Assembly (NCBI RefSeq): GCF_964355755.1
Contig: NC_092671.1
Span: 11,532,001-11,596,000 of the forward strand
Reading direction: 5' to 3'
From: Antedon mediterranea
Taxonomy: Eukaryota > Animalia > Echinodermata
DNA length: 64,000 nucleotides
Position numbers and translations under genes: made by a program. Under the pieces are notes generated by a model. It ran no database searches, was not told the DNA's origin, and saw only the letters and a list, made by a program, of their open reading frames with translations. Position 1 is the first letter of the stretch. The number at the start of each line of letters is the position of its first letter. Positions 26,180-39,395 of this stretch are shown here, in pieces.

Positions 26180-26408
26180 CTACATCCACACGTTCCGATT
26201 CGATCATGGAACGGTGAAGCTTTTTTATAGGCTTTACTGTGTATATTAAACTATACGCACGGCGGCCGTGCCGATAGAAAAGTAGTGAATTAGACAAACG
26301 GTTGTCGTCCCGATAGGAGGTCATGGTGTAAAGGTCATGTACGTGTGTGTGATGTAATAAGAGAGTGAGTCGTCGATCGTGTGGACGCCGTACATCAGGA
26401 AACAAAAA
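26180..26408 (+). promoter_or_regulatory. CpG-rich putative YME1L1 promoter and 5' UTR
   Basis: Dense CpG (ACGCACGGCGGCCGTGCCG, CGTCGATCG, GACGCCG) against CpG-poor gene bodies, directly upstream of the ATG. Confidence 0.55.
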
Positions 26409-29400
26409 ATGTTTTCAATAAATAGTCTTGGCTCACAGGTAAATAATAATTAATTATCTAGGCTAGTACTAGAGATTTATAAATTCTGTGAATTTGATTA
26501 GGCTAGGCCTAGGCTAGGTACGGAGGGAGGGAGAACCCTAACTTTGTGAGCCAACTAAAGGCCTCTATTTTCTACTCTAGCCTAGTAGGCCTAGCCTAGG
26601 CTGGCCTACTACTAGTAGATAGGGCCTAGGCTAGCTATCCGCCTAGGGTAGGCCTACCCTCGTAGTCTTACTCTTAGCTACAGTACTACAATACATACTA
26701 TATAGGCCTACTACTAACTAGGCTAAACAAGCTATTTATTATATTATATTTACAGTGAACTAGGCCCCTCCTAGACTAGCTAGCTAGGCCTAGCCTACCT
26801 CTATCTAGCCTAGAGGCTCTTAGTCTATTAAAGGCCTAGGTTAGGCCTACTAACAAAAAATGACTGGAGGTAACCTTAGTAGTATAGAGTATATAGGCTA
26901 GTACTAGCTAGGCTAGGCCAATAGTATAATATTTTATAGTCTAGCTAGACCTAAAATACAAGCCTAATTTTATTCTTTTACTTTTTCACTTGCATTAATT
27001 ATTTATGAATGTATGCGCACAGGTTACAGTAGAGGTACAAGTTTTGGTTTTATATGAAATTATCTGCGCAAGTATTATGATATAATTTCGAATTGTGCAT
27101 AAGATACAAAATTACTATAATTATTAAATTAATATATATATTAATCATTCAAAATCCATCTCGCACATAAATATCATAATTTCTCTATGTTGTTTTCTTA
27201 GCAAATTCTGTCACTGTCCCAAGTAGCATCAACATTTCACGCCATAAAGACATTAACCAACAGCAGCAGTGTTGTCAGCAAGTCAAGAAGGAAGCATGAG
27301 GATGCAGGACACAAAAAGAAGAATGCAATTTGCTCAGAAAGTCTGGACAATGTAATTAATTAGATATCTTTTTTTCACACTTCAACCAAATTGTATTCAT
27401 GGAAGATTGTCATTAACAACTGATTAGCCAAACGAAACATAGTTTTTGCTATATAAAATGATACTAGGCTAGGTACATTGCAATAGTTTAAGATCAATAA
27501 ACATATTGTAAATTGCACACTGTTTAAACACAGACAATCTTTTCTCCATTTTTTAAACCAATCCTTCGAAATAGACCTGACCTAATGATAATAAATAATA
27601 TTTTGCAAGCCCACATGGTTATAAAAATAAGATTGTTGAAATACCTTATAAGTAAACTTAATTCAAACAATACTGGGTGACAGTGCCCTACTTTTCACAC
27701 TGTACAACTACAGTACAGTACATAGGTTGGTCATTCATAATTATATATTATTTTATACACATAAACAAACTGTATATATATAATTATAAGTCCAATGAAT
27801 ATAAGTTCTGAAATAGTTTGTTTATTTCATAGGTTTTATTAAACATGCAAGAGCTTGGATTACACCTTAGTACTGAAAACATTAAACTTGACTCGCTTTT
27901 GCCTTCAACGTTGAATCCACAAAAAACATGGACTGAATCTCATGTCTCCTCCGGCTCATTTTTCTACAACAAGCATGGTAAAGTAACACAACTATGTTCA
28001 ATATTAAAATCTGTTTTTATTGCATAAATTCAATGCCAAAATCTTCTCCATGGATGTACAGTCTGTAATCTTTTCAGTTCAAGTTTTAAGCAACGTTGGT
28101 ACCTCCTTGTTTGTAATAAAATACAGTGGAATTGTGACTTGGTGGTTATGATTCTTGGCTACCAATCCAAGGGTCCTGAGTTTAGTTCCTAACTCCACTC
28201 CCAAAGATTTGTAATAAGACTTTGTTTATGTAGAGCATCTTGTGTATATGTTTGTCTTGTGAACAGGATTGCCACGTTTAAGAAGGATAGTAAATGAATT
28301 TGCTTAAATGTGCAATAATTTGCCTAAATGTGAAAAGAAAGATGATTATTTGTCTTTCCTAATATAATAATAATAATAATGTTTCTTACCATGCAATGGT
28401 TTTACAGGATTTTTTGACCATCAATCTTTACCAAAAACGTCAAGAGGTGTTCTCTCAAGATTAGTAGATTTATCTAGTAAGTTTACTTACCTTAAGAAGT
28501 GATGCTTACCTTAAGTGAAATAAGGGGGAAAAGAGTATTACTCGTATAGGCTGCCTCCTCTCATAGTTTTTATGTGTGAGTCATATGTTCGTTTGAAAGT
28601 GTTGGGCTTGAAACAATGTGATAAGGTAATGAATTCCACGTGTTCAATTATGATTCTATTTTACCATCATCTGGTTTTCAGAAATGTTACTTCTGAATTC
28701 AAGACAATAATACAGTATTACCATTTTTTTCAAAACAAATATAACGAATTAAAGAATTATTAAGAAATATAAATGTCTTTATCCTTTTTGTTGCAGGTTT
28801 GCAGTCAACAAGAGGTTTCAAGACGAGAACAGCCTCAATTGGGAGAGTTGGATCATTATCACATGAACCAAATGAGTCTAGTATCCTTCCAAAATGGTTT
28901 AGGGTAAGTGACATTACCTTTTCATTATTTCTTTTTTCATTTTATTTCCATATTATACAAAATAAAACAAGTAGATCAAAACTTTGAGATTAAAATGAAA
29001 TAGTATGACATGGAAGGATGACTTTATAGGACAAAATGTCACTTAAGCTAAGGCCACCAGTGAAACACAAGGCATTTGTATGGTTATTAATAACAAAATA
29101 CAAAGTAAATGAAAAGAGAAAAGTAAAGATAATTGGAATTATAGGACAAAATGTCACTTAAGCTAAGGCCACCAGTGAAACACAAGGCATTTGTATGGTT
29201 ATTAATAACAAAATACAAAGTAAATGAAAAGAGAAAAGTAAAGATAATTGGAATTATAGGACAAAATGTCACTTAAGCTAAGGCCACCAGTGAAACACAA
29301 GGCATTTGTATGGTTATTAATAACAAAATACAAAGTAAATGAAAAGAGAAAAGTAAAGATAATTGGGAGGATGTCATCAATGATTGTGTAGGTTTATAAC

Positions 29401-32400
29401 ATTGAGAATGTAACACAAAAAAATCCTTTCACATGACCATCATATCTCGTCGGACTTGGCAAAGAAACAAAACAACTTGCATCAAGAACTATTTTAATAT
29501 GATCATCAAGCTAGCGATGTTGATGTAGGTTCGTATCTCGCCTGGAAAAAAAAATTCTAAAAAAACAAAAACTATAAATTTCATTTAATTAACCTTGTGT
29601 TTCTCTATCTTGAGAACAAAAAATTGTTACTTTTGTCTCTCAGACTAAACAAACAAAAGATTCTGATGGACTAGCCAGCAAATTATCAAGTGCATTATCT
29701 GCTCAAGAGGAGAGGATATCCGACCATGACAGTTTCAAGACAGGCTACATCGATGGTTATGTCAAAGGTCGTGATGAGCCAAAGAAGACAGACCGAATGA
29801 AAACCTGGATCAACATACTCATTCTCAGTCTTCTGATATACTACAGCTTTAAACTTGCTAGTATGTTTGGTTAGTAAACAACAGTTATTTTCAATAAATG
29901 TTTCATTTAGGAACTTCCTTCTTTGTTGTAGATAGCAAGTACCCCTCCTTTGGAACATCCATATTGAGGAGACACTTTCTGTGAAACTAATGACTATAAA
30001 TGGCTATATGCTTTAATATTACAGCCAACCCTTATTCAGGGGACACCCTATTAGGTAGGAGTCTCATAATCAAAAAGCATCTTGTACGTTTTGACCTGTC
30101 ATTTTGGGTATTCAATTGGCACCTTTAGTATATTTTTTCCATTGAGTATTTTAAGCTTAGCTTTGAGTTAGTACTCAAATGAATTAACATTTAATACATT
30201 ACTTATTTTTATATTACTACTGTAGTAGTAGTAATTTATTTATTTCTACTTTATTTCTTTTTTTTTTATTATGTTACAGGTCGTGTTTCTCTTATTGGTA
30301 CATCATCCGTTGATACATTGAATGTCAAAGATGTTAGCTTTGATGACGTCAGAGGGGTAAGTGAATTTCAATTTGGACAAGCTCATCTGGACTTATTATT
30401 CTGAGTTAATTCTAGGGATTATAATAATAATATTTGATAATATTATTCAAATTACAACATTGTTTACATTACATTGATAAGCTTAACATTATTTTATAGG
30501 TTGACGAGGCTAAATCTGAACTGCAAGACATTGTCAATTACTTGACAGACCCAGAACGTTACACATCCCTTGGGGGTAAGCTGCCTAAAGGTGTGCTACT
30601 AGTTGGCTCCCCAGGGACAGGCAAGACCCTCCTAGCACGAGCAGTAGCTGGAGAGGCCAATGTGCCATTCTTTTATGCGGCTGGTTCAGATTTTGATAAC
30701 ATGTTTGTTGGATCTGGTGCCAAGAGAGTTAGAGATATATTTTGTAAGTAAAATTGTCTCTCGGTTTTCTATGTTAATTCTATGAAATTAACATTTAATT
30801 CATCATTGTATATATTTCTACAGTCGACCAATTCAAGACACCCTTGGGAGGGCCTATATGTCTGGTTTTACAGGAAGTATGGTGCTGCATTCCTAATATG
30901 TTTTTAACAATAAGAAAAGAAATTTAGGACCATTTCAACCTCAAGAAAAGTTTGGTTTTTGGGAGAGTTCTCATCATTTAATATCAAACCATCTTCTGAT
31001 GTCTGCCTTTAATTTATTTTGCCAATAAATGTAAAAAGAGGAGATATGTGATTCCATGCAATACAAATATCCCAAGATAGCTAGTTAATAGCTATTCCTA
31101 TGTCTAAAAAAATCTTTTGAATTCTGAAATGGAGATCCTTTAAATTAAAATGTCTTAACTTCTTATTGTTTTATCTACAGCTGAGGCAAAGATAAGTGCA
31201 CCGTGTGTAATATTCATAGATGAGCTTGACTCTGTGGGTGGTAAGAGAGTGGATTCTCCACTCCATCCTTACGCTAGACAAACAATTAACCAATTGTTGT
31301 CGGAAATGGATGGCTTTAAACAGAATCAAGGCATTGTTGTACTCGCTGCCACAAATTTCCCACAGTCACTTGATCCGTAAGTAATTGTATAATGTATGTA
31401 ATATGTTACCATATTTCTTTTAATATTTGAATAGAATTAAATAATATTACTGTGGAAAAAATAAATATCGGTATTTTTTTTAGCCATTGAATAAACGATG
31501 GACAGATCCAACCCCAAACCACTTTCAATATAATAATATATATATATAATTATTGAATAAAAATTAATAATTTTTAATTGATAAAAATAATTCCCTACAA
31601 GACAGTTTGATCTAAACATATTGCTTTATAATTACTGTAACTATTTCTTTTAGTGCGTTAACAAGACCTGGACGATTTGATGTTCGGGTTACAGTGCCAA
31701 AACCAGATGTCAAAGGTCGTGTTGATATTCTTAAGTTATACTTGGACAAGGTGACTATAGGTTCTGGTAAGTAACACAAAGTAATTTACATATTGGTGGA
31801 TCAAATTTATTTTATATAACACCTACTGTAAATAAATTCCTGTCATTTAATTGGACGATTGTGGGTTCACTTGGCATGCAATAGTACGCACTATTTAATG
31901 ATGGCATTATTTGTACCATTCCACTCATAAACATTCATTATTTTTATAATAATAATATTATTTTAAATCTAAAAGGTTTACTTAACAGGTGTTTTATCAG
32001 CTGTTTATTTTGAATTATATTCCATTAAAACAGCAACATTTTATTTTTTAGATGTGGATGCTGAAGTTCTTGCTCGTGGGACTGTAGGATTTACAGGTAA
32101 AGATAAAATAGATTTATTATTTTATGTTCATATTCATTCACTTCTCTTCTATACACTCAGGCTAGAGTCTAATAAATGTTTTCATAGTGGACTGTATTTG
32201 AGTTATTGACCAGTTTTTGAGTTTGAATGTGTTTAATTCTATCATTATTTGTATAATAGGTGCTGATCTGCAGAATCTTGTGAATCAAGCTGCGTTACAA
32301 GCAGCCAGAGAAAGTAAGAAATGCATTGATATGAATGATCTTGAATTTGCAAAAGACAAGATACTAATGGGTAATTATACTTATATATTATTACAAATCT

Positions 32401-34567
32401 AAACTCTCTCAATACCAGACACCTTTCGCTGGCCTAATATGTCTGATTTTCAGGAAAGTCTGTTATTAAGAATGTGTTTTTAATGGTAAAAATAAATTTG
32501 AAACCTTTTTGTTTCCAAGAAAAAGTATAGTTTTGGGAGAGTTTTTAGAGAGTCCAATATTGAGAGAGTTGACTGTACTATTTTTTTTCCAAATTCTTGA
32601 GTTTTTTAATTTATTTTTTATCTTTTTCTGTGAACTCTTCCAAAATGTATAATATACCAATACCAATGCTTACTTGTTATACTCACAGGTCCTGAAAGAA
32701 AGAGCGCCACAATAGATCTGAAGAATCGTGAAATCACAGCGTTCCATGAGGGCGGTCACGCACTCGTAGCATACTATACAAAAGATGCAAAACCTATCAA
32801 CAAGGCTACGATAATGCCACGGGGTCCAACACTGGGACATGTAAGTTTAATCACTTTATGGGTAAAGTCTTTATTATAATTCATTATTTATTTATTTAAC
32901 AACATTTATTTATACAGGATTGCACAATCAGGTAAAAGAGAACCTGTTTTGCATTGTGGTCCTGTCGACAAACAAACAAATTAAATCGGGGGGAAAATGT
33001 TTTGTGAGAACAAAATGAGATCGATATCTAGCTTTGAATGAAGCAATTGTTGGGGAATAATTAATTTCATATAGTGAGTTATTCCATATTTTAGCACCTG
33101 CAACTTTGAATTATATGCATACTAATTTTATTTTTCGTTTTAGGTATCTCTGCTGCCTGAGAAAGACCAGTGGAATGAGACTAAATCCCAGCTACTTGCT
33201 CAGATGGACATCTGCATGGGTGGACGTGTGGCCGAGGAGCTTATCTTTGGTCCTGACCATATAACAACTGGTGCATCCAGTGATTTTGACCAGGCTACAA
33301 GAATTGCACAACTCATGGTGACAAACTTCGGAATGAGTGAGAAAGTAAGCAAATAATTGGAGTGTAAACTCATTATGACATGAGCAATGAAGCTTTAGCT
33401 TGGTGGTTAACATGCTTGCCTTCCAATCCCAAGGTCCAGGGTTCAATCCTGACCTAATGCAGCGTTCTACTCCAACTCCACTCCCTAAGCCTCAAATGAG
33501 ACATAGTTTATAAGCATGATAAATTATAAAATAGTTAATCCATCCTGTAAATGGTGAATTACTCGCTGTTGGATGCGTATGAAATAAATAAAAATAAACA
33601 TGACAGAAATATATGAATGTAATAATTAGAATTGTTGTAGTTGTAAATAGGAATTTTAAGATATAATAAATTGATTGTAATTTTGTTTTTAGATGGGAAT
33701 AATGACATTTAGTGATGATCAAAATGGCACGTCATCTGGAAATAAACCAAGTCCAGAAACTCAAGCCATGATAGAACAAGAAGTACGAAAACTATTAAAG
33801 GTAATACACTATGGTTGTTTACATATACAATGTTATTGCTAATGTGTAGTGTAATTTGTTTTTATACTCTATGTGATTGATAATGTAATCAAATATTTAT
33901 GTTGATTTTGTAAAATATGATATTTCAACAGCACACTGCTGTTTCTGTATTCTATCATTTAATTGTGTTTTTGTACAAAGATACTGATATTTCATTTATT
34001 TATTTTATCAAAATCGTCTGAGCTTCGTAAGAGGCAATGACGTTCTATACTGTAGTTCGTAAGCCCAGCTTAAAATTATATTTCATTATTATATCATATA
34101 CAGATATACAGTATTGTACTTTAAGTCAATCACCAAGTGTATCTGACTTTGTCTCTGTCTCCCTCTATATCAACATGCAGGGATATTGCTTCCCCTTTTT
34201 ACAGCTAAAATAAAATTATGGACTAATATTTAATATCTATTTAATTAATATAGATGTTAGCAAATCTTTCTTTTGTTTAAACAAACTAGATTATGTATTA
34301 ACTTGAAGATGCACATCAAAAAATTAATGTTCTTTATATAATTTCATAAATCCAACTTCAATTCAATTTCATGCTTATTATATTCATGTAAAATTAATTA
34401 TAATTTAATAATGTTTTATTTTGTAGGAATCATATGAGCGTGCAAAACAATTATTAAAAACACACACAAAGGAGCATCATAATTTAGCGTCTGCGCTACT
34501 CAAGCACGAGACATTAACAGCATCAGACATAGCACAAGTTATACAAGGCAAAGCTATAGATCGTTAA
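26409..34567 (+). CDS. YME1L1: ATP-dependent zinc metalloprotease YME1L1 (mitochondrial i-AAA protease), 16 exons, about 704 aa
   Basis: Exons 26409-26438, 27202-27351, 27833-27977, 28408-28476, 28797-28903, 29644-29869, 30280-30356, 30500-30743, 31181-31376, 31654-31766, 32052-32096, 32260-32370, 32689-32840, 33144-33344, 33693-33800, 34427-34567; total 2115 nt. N-terminus MFSINS, RGFKT, one TM helix, Walker A GSPGTGKT, Walker [18 protein letters not shown], zinc motif HEGGH. The N-terminal exons are less certain than the AAA and protease exons. Confidence 0.93.
26455..26965. repeat. Low-complexity TAGGCCTA/TAGCCTA/TAGGCTA/TAGTA tract in YME1L1 intron 1
   Basis: A non-periodic mosaic of these short words over about 500 bp. 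Confidence 0.85.
29024..29366. repeat. Triple tandem repeat, 115-bp unit
   Basis: ACAAAATGTCACTTAAGCTAAGGCC starts at 29031, 29146 and 29261; the copies look identical. Confidence 0.95.
33390..33490 (+). mobile_element. tRNA(Gly)-derived SINE head
   Basis: TAGCTTGGTGGTTAACATGCTTGCCTTCCAAT...GGGTTCAATCC (A and B boxes) followed by CTCCACTCCC.AAG; a more decayed homologue lies at about 28130-28210. Confidence 0.55.
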
Positions 34568-34949
34568 CCACCAAGAACTAGGGACACATCATTCATGTGT
34601 CTAGGCCTGTATATATGTATCCACCCTTGGGATTTGAGCTTACATGCTTCAAGGCTAAACTATTGATCCTTAATGGATGGAGGAAAAACGATTGATCGTG
34701 TATATTAGAATACTCAGGCTTTTGTTGATGCAATTAACCCCACGTAAGAGAGCCTAAGGAGACATGCTAATTGCCTTGAGAAATTTATTTTTGAATTTCT
34801 AATGATGTATTGTATTAACGGTTTGATACCGACTCCTTTATCTGAAAATTTATTCTAAGCATTACAAATTACAACAAAATATTATCGTGTACGAAGCATG
34901 CAGCTATCAGGGCTTCAATGGGGTGTAGTTTTGTAGGGACAAGTGGGTA

Positions 34950-36107
34950 CTGTAAACTTAGAAAATAATTTAGAAATAGCAAAAGTTTCCATGGAATTTT
35001 TGTATCTGAAAATATATTTTAAGCATATTATGAAGTAAGCAACTTACAACCGAATGGGGTTGAATAGGCTGTAGTTGTCTAGGAACAAAGTGGGTACTGT
35101 AGCTTAGAAAATAATTTTGAAACAGCATGTCGTCTTCTTTTATTTTTAACTTGTACATTTCTGAATGCAGAAAACAAATAGTTAAACAGTACTGGCATGC
35201 CTTTAAAAAAAATTCAATTCAAATAAACATTTATTCTTTCAATTTTAATTATGGATAAAAGGTTGAGCCCCTATTAACGGGACACCTTTGGAAGTCCCCT
35301 TAACATGGGTGTCCCATGAATAGGAGTGTCCCCTTAACATGGATGTCCCCTGAATAGGAGTGTCCCCTTAACATGGGTGTCCCCTTAACATGGATGTCCC
35401 CTGAATAGGAGTGTCCCCTTAACATGGATGTCCCCTGAATAGGAGTGTCCCCTTAACATGGGTGTCCCCTTAACATGGGTGTCCCATGAATAGGAGTGTT
35501 CCTTTTAATATGGATGTCCCCTTAACATCATGGTTGTCCCCTTAACATGGGTGTCCCATGAATAGGAGTGTCCCTTTAATATGGATGTCCTCTTAACATC
35601 ATGGGTGTCCCCTTAACATGGATGTCCCCTGAATAGGAGTGTCCCCTGAATAGGAGTGTCTCCTTAACATGGGTGTCCCCTTAACATGGGTGTCCCATGA
35701 ATAGGAGTGTTCCTTTTAATATGGATGTCCCCTTAACATCATGGTTGTCCCCTTAACATGGGTGTCCCATTAACATGGGTGTCCCATGAATAGGAGTGTC
35801 CCTTTAATATGGATGTCCCCTTAACATCATGGGTGTCCCCTTAACATGGATGTCCTATGAATAGGAGTGTCCCTGTAAACTTAGAAAATAATTTAGAAAT
35901 AGCAAAAGTTTCCATGGAATTTTTGTATCTGAAAATATATTTTAAGCATATTATGAAGTAAGCAACTTACAACCGAATGGGGTTGAATAGGCTGTAGTTG
36001 TCTAGGAACAAAGTGGGTACTGTAGCTTAGAAAATAATTTTGAAACAGCATGTCGTCTTCTTTTATTTTTAACTTGTACATTTCTGAATGCAGAAAACAA
36101 ATAGTTA
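34950..36107. repeat. 235-bp direct repeat (34950-35184 and 35873-36107, offset 923)
   Basis: The two copies appear identical and give identical 62-aa minus-strand ORFs at 34970-35158 and 35893-36081. Confidence 0.95.
35259..35873. repeat. 17-20-bp satellite (GTGTCCCCTTAACATGG / GTGTCCCATGAATAGGA), left block, preceded by a MITE head
   Basis: Starts with GAGCCCCTATTAACGGGACACCTTTGG, followed by a tandem array of alternating unit variants. Confidence 0.9.
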
Positions 36108-37120
36108 TTTTTATTTATTTATTTTATTTTATGTCTTTAGGCAATGTGGCCAAGGATTACCAATAGTGAATTAATCACTGTCCTATTAGTAGAGCAGTTA
36201 ATGACATGAGCTGTGCATTTTATTACCAAAACATGAAACTTGGCACAAAGTTTCTTTGATGTATATAGATTCAAAATATCGGGGGGTGCCAAGTGTCCAA
36301 CGTCCGGTATGGCGGCCATCTTGATTTCAAAATGGCCACCATAAAAACAAAAAATGTTCATATCTTGGCAACTATACACATTAGAGACTTAATTCTGGTC
36401 TCAAATTGTTCACAAACTATATATTTCTATTTGCTCTAATGAAAAGTTTCGTCCAAAAATGACCGGAAATGACGTTTCTTACAGTTTGACCTTTGACCTC
36501 GTATTTGTATATCTCTGTAACTACTGGTCATTTTCAATCGATTTTGGTGTCATTTTGTTCAGAATAAATACATTTATATTTGTAGTAATGAAACATTTTC
36601 ACATAAAATGACCGGAAATACAATTTATGACCTTTGACATTAATTTATTGATTTTTAATGTGAATATACTGTAGGTGGTTTTTGTTGGTCTAAAGTGCAC
36701 CTAATTTTGAACTTTAACCTGATAGGCGTAATTATATTAAATGATTAATGGACTTAAATTGTATATAGTACATAAAATTGGTAAACATTGTGCTTGGTGG
36801 TACCATTAGTTCAATGATGTTGGCACCTTCTGATTCGCTAAAGGTTTTAATAGTTTGACAGAGGAAATAACATACATGTTATTGAATACCGTAAAACCTC
36901 GAAAAGGTGATAGTATGAGCTTCTTTTCGAGACAGACTGTATTTGATTGTCAAATGAATACTAGTATGATGATCGTGTTTATATCAATATATTATTAATG
37001 ACCTTACAAAGAACCCTTTCTATTTCAACAATTAAGCCACAGTTATTCTACAATTTATTGTTTTCCAAGTGGTAGGCCTATTTTGATTGCATCTTATTTT
37101 TGTATGCTTCCTCGGTTAAT

Positions 37121-39082
37121 ATGGTCCTAACCCTCCTTCTTTGTCTGTAGATGATCTTATACCCCATTCTTTGTCTGTGGATGGTCTTTACCCGCTTCTG
37201 TGTCTGTTGATGGTATTATTACACCCATTTCTTTGTCTGTAGATGGTCTTACACCCCTTCTTTGTCTGTGGATGGTCCTACACTCCCTTCTTTTTCTGTG
37301 GATGGTCCTACACCCCTTCTTTTTCTGTGGATGGTCCTACACCCCCTTCTTTGTCTGTGGATAGTCTTATGCACCCTTCTTTGTCTGTGGACGGTCTTAT
37401 ACCCTTTTCTTTGTCTGTGGATGGTCTTATACCCCCTTCTGTGTCTGTTGATGGTATTACACCCCTTTCTTTGTCTGTTGATGGTATTACACCCCTTTCT
37501 TTGTCTGTTGATGGTATTAAACCCCTTTCTTTGTCTGTTGATGGTATTAAACCCCTTTCTTTGTATGTGGATGGTCTTACACCCCTGTCTTTGTCTGTAG
37601 ATGGTCTTATAATCCCTTCTTTGTATGTGGATGGTCCGATGGTCCTACACCTCCTTTTTTGTCTGTGGATGGTCTTATACCCCTTCTTTGTCTGTAAGTG
37701 GTCATATACCCCTTTCTTTGTCAGTGGACGGTTCTACACCCCCTTCTTTGTCTGTGGATGGTCTTACACCCCTTTCTTTTTCTGTGGACGGTCTTATACC
37801 CCTTTCTGTGCCTGTGGGTGATCTTATACCCCCTTCTTTGTCTGTTGATGGTATTACACCCCTTTCTATTTGTCCGTTGATGGTATTACACCACTTTTTT
37901 TGTATGGCTGGTCTTGCACTCCTTTAATTTGTCTGTGGATGGTCTTATAGCCCTTCTTTGTCTGTAAGTGGTCCTATACCCCTTTCTTTGTCAGTGGTGG
38001 ATGGTCTTACACCCCTTCTTTGTCTGTGGACGGTTCTACACCCCCTTCTTTGTCTGTGGATGGTCTTACACCCCTTTCTTTTTCTGTGGACGGTTTTATA
38101 CCCCTTCTGTGCCTTTGGGTGATCTTATACCCCCTTCTTTGTCTGTTGGTGGTATTAACACCCCTTTCTTTGTCCGTTGATGGTATTACACCCCTTTTTT
38201 GTATGTGGATGGTCTTATACACCCCTTTGTGTATGGATGGTCTTGCACTCCTTTAATTTGTCTGTGGATGGTCTTACACCCCCTTCTTTGTCTGTGGATG
38301 GTCTTATTTCTTTGTCTGTGGATGGTCTTATTTCTTTGTCTGTGGATGGTCTTATTTCTTTGTCTGTGGATGGTTTTATACCCCCTTCTTTGTCTGTGGA
38401 TGGTCTTATATCCCCTTCTTTGTCTGTGGATGGTCTTCTCCCCTTCTTTGTCTGTGGATGGTCCTACACCCCCTTCTTTGTCTGTGGATGGTCCTACACC
38501 CCTTATTTGTCTGGGGATGGTCTTATACCCTCTTCTTTGTCTGTAAGTGGTCCTATACCCCTTTCTTTGTCAGTGGATGGTCTTGCACCCCCTTCTTTGT
38601 CTGTGGACGGTCCTACGCCCCCTTCTTTGTCTGTGGATGGTCATATACCCCTTTTTTTGTCAGTGGATGGTCTTATATCCCCTTCTTTGTCTGTGGACGG
38701 TCCTACATCCCCTTCTTTGTCTGTAGATGGCCTTACACCTCTTTCTTTGTCTGTGGATGGTCCTATACCCCTTTTTTTGTCAGTGGATGGTCTTATATCC
38801 CCTTCTTTGTCTGTGGACGGTCCTACATCTCCTTCTTTGTCTGTAGATGGCCTTACACCTCTTTCTTTGTCTGTGGATGGTCTTATACCTCCTTCTTTGT
38901 GTGTGGATGGTCTTACACCCCCTTCTTTGTCTGTGGATGGTCTTACACCTCCTTTTTTGTCTGTGGATGGTCTTATACCCTCTTCTTTGTATGTGGATGG
39001 TCTTACAACCCCTTCTTTGTCTGTGGATGGTCTTACACCCCCTCTTTGTCTGTGGATGGTCTTACACCCCCTTCTTTGTCTG
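37121..39082. repeat. 30-bp minisatellite (CCCCTTCTTTGTCTGTGGATGGTCTTACAC), about 65 units
   Basis: Clear 30-bp periodicity, with 21-bp deletion variants (about 38300-38370) and higher-order blocks; it accounts for all the overlapping repetitive ORFs in this stretch. Confidence 0.97.
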
Positions 39083-39214
39083 GACCTACTACTTTGATTG
39101 ATTAAATTAGACATTGTTTCTTGTATGATTAGGAAACCAAGACCTTTAAAGTGAAAGTCCACAGGTGGATGCCTAAACAGGTCTTGTACAGAACAGTATA
39201 TTGTAGGTCCATGT

Positions 39215-39395
39215 CACTAATTTGAGGATTACTTGAATAATTATATTGAGATGTCTTTTACGAATTGATTTAGTTCGGATTTTGCTAAAAAATCAATGAC
39301 TAGAGAAAATCGAGGAAAAGGATTCAGATGAAAAGTTTACAGCAAAGGCCCATTACCATAAGAATGGAGTACATTTTTTTAGATGCAACAAAAAA
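39215..39395 (+). pseudogene. Decayed Academ-type transposase fragment
   Basis: Frameshifted translation FEDY...RIDLV..D..LK.SMTRENRGKGFR*KVYSKGPLP*EWSTF.RC resembles the recalled motif TFxxY..R.D.VWD..SLK..TR..RG.G.RR.V.....P..W..FLR of Academ-like transposases; two in-frame stops. Confidence 0.55.

Noticed and set aside
37243-39162. Many long overlapping ORFs (up to 306 aa) with 10-aa repeats such as PPSLSVDGLT or RPSTDKEGGV
   Set aside because: They arise because a 30-bp unit is stop-free in several frames. Frequent frameshifting indels and the position inside a transposon argue against a protein.
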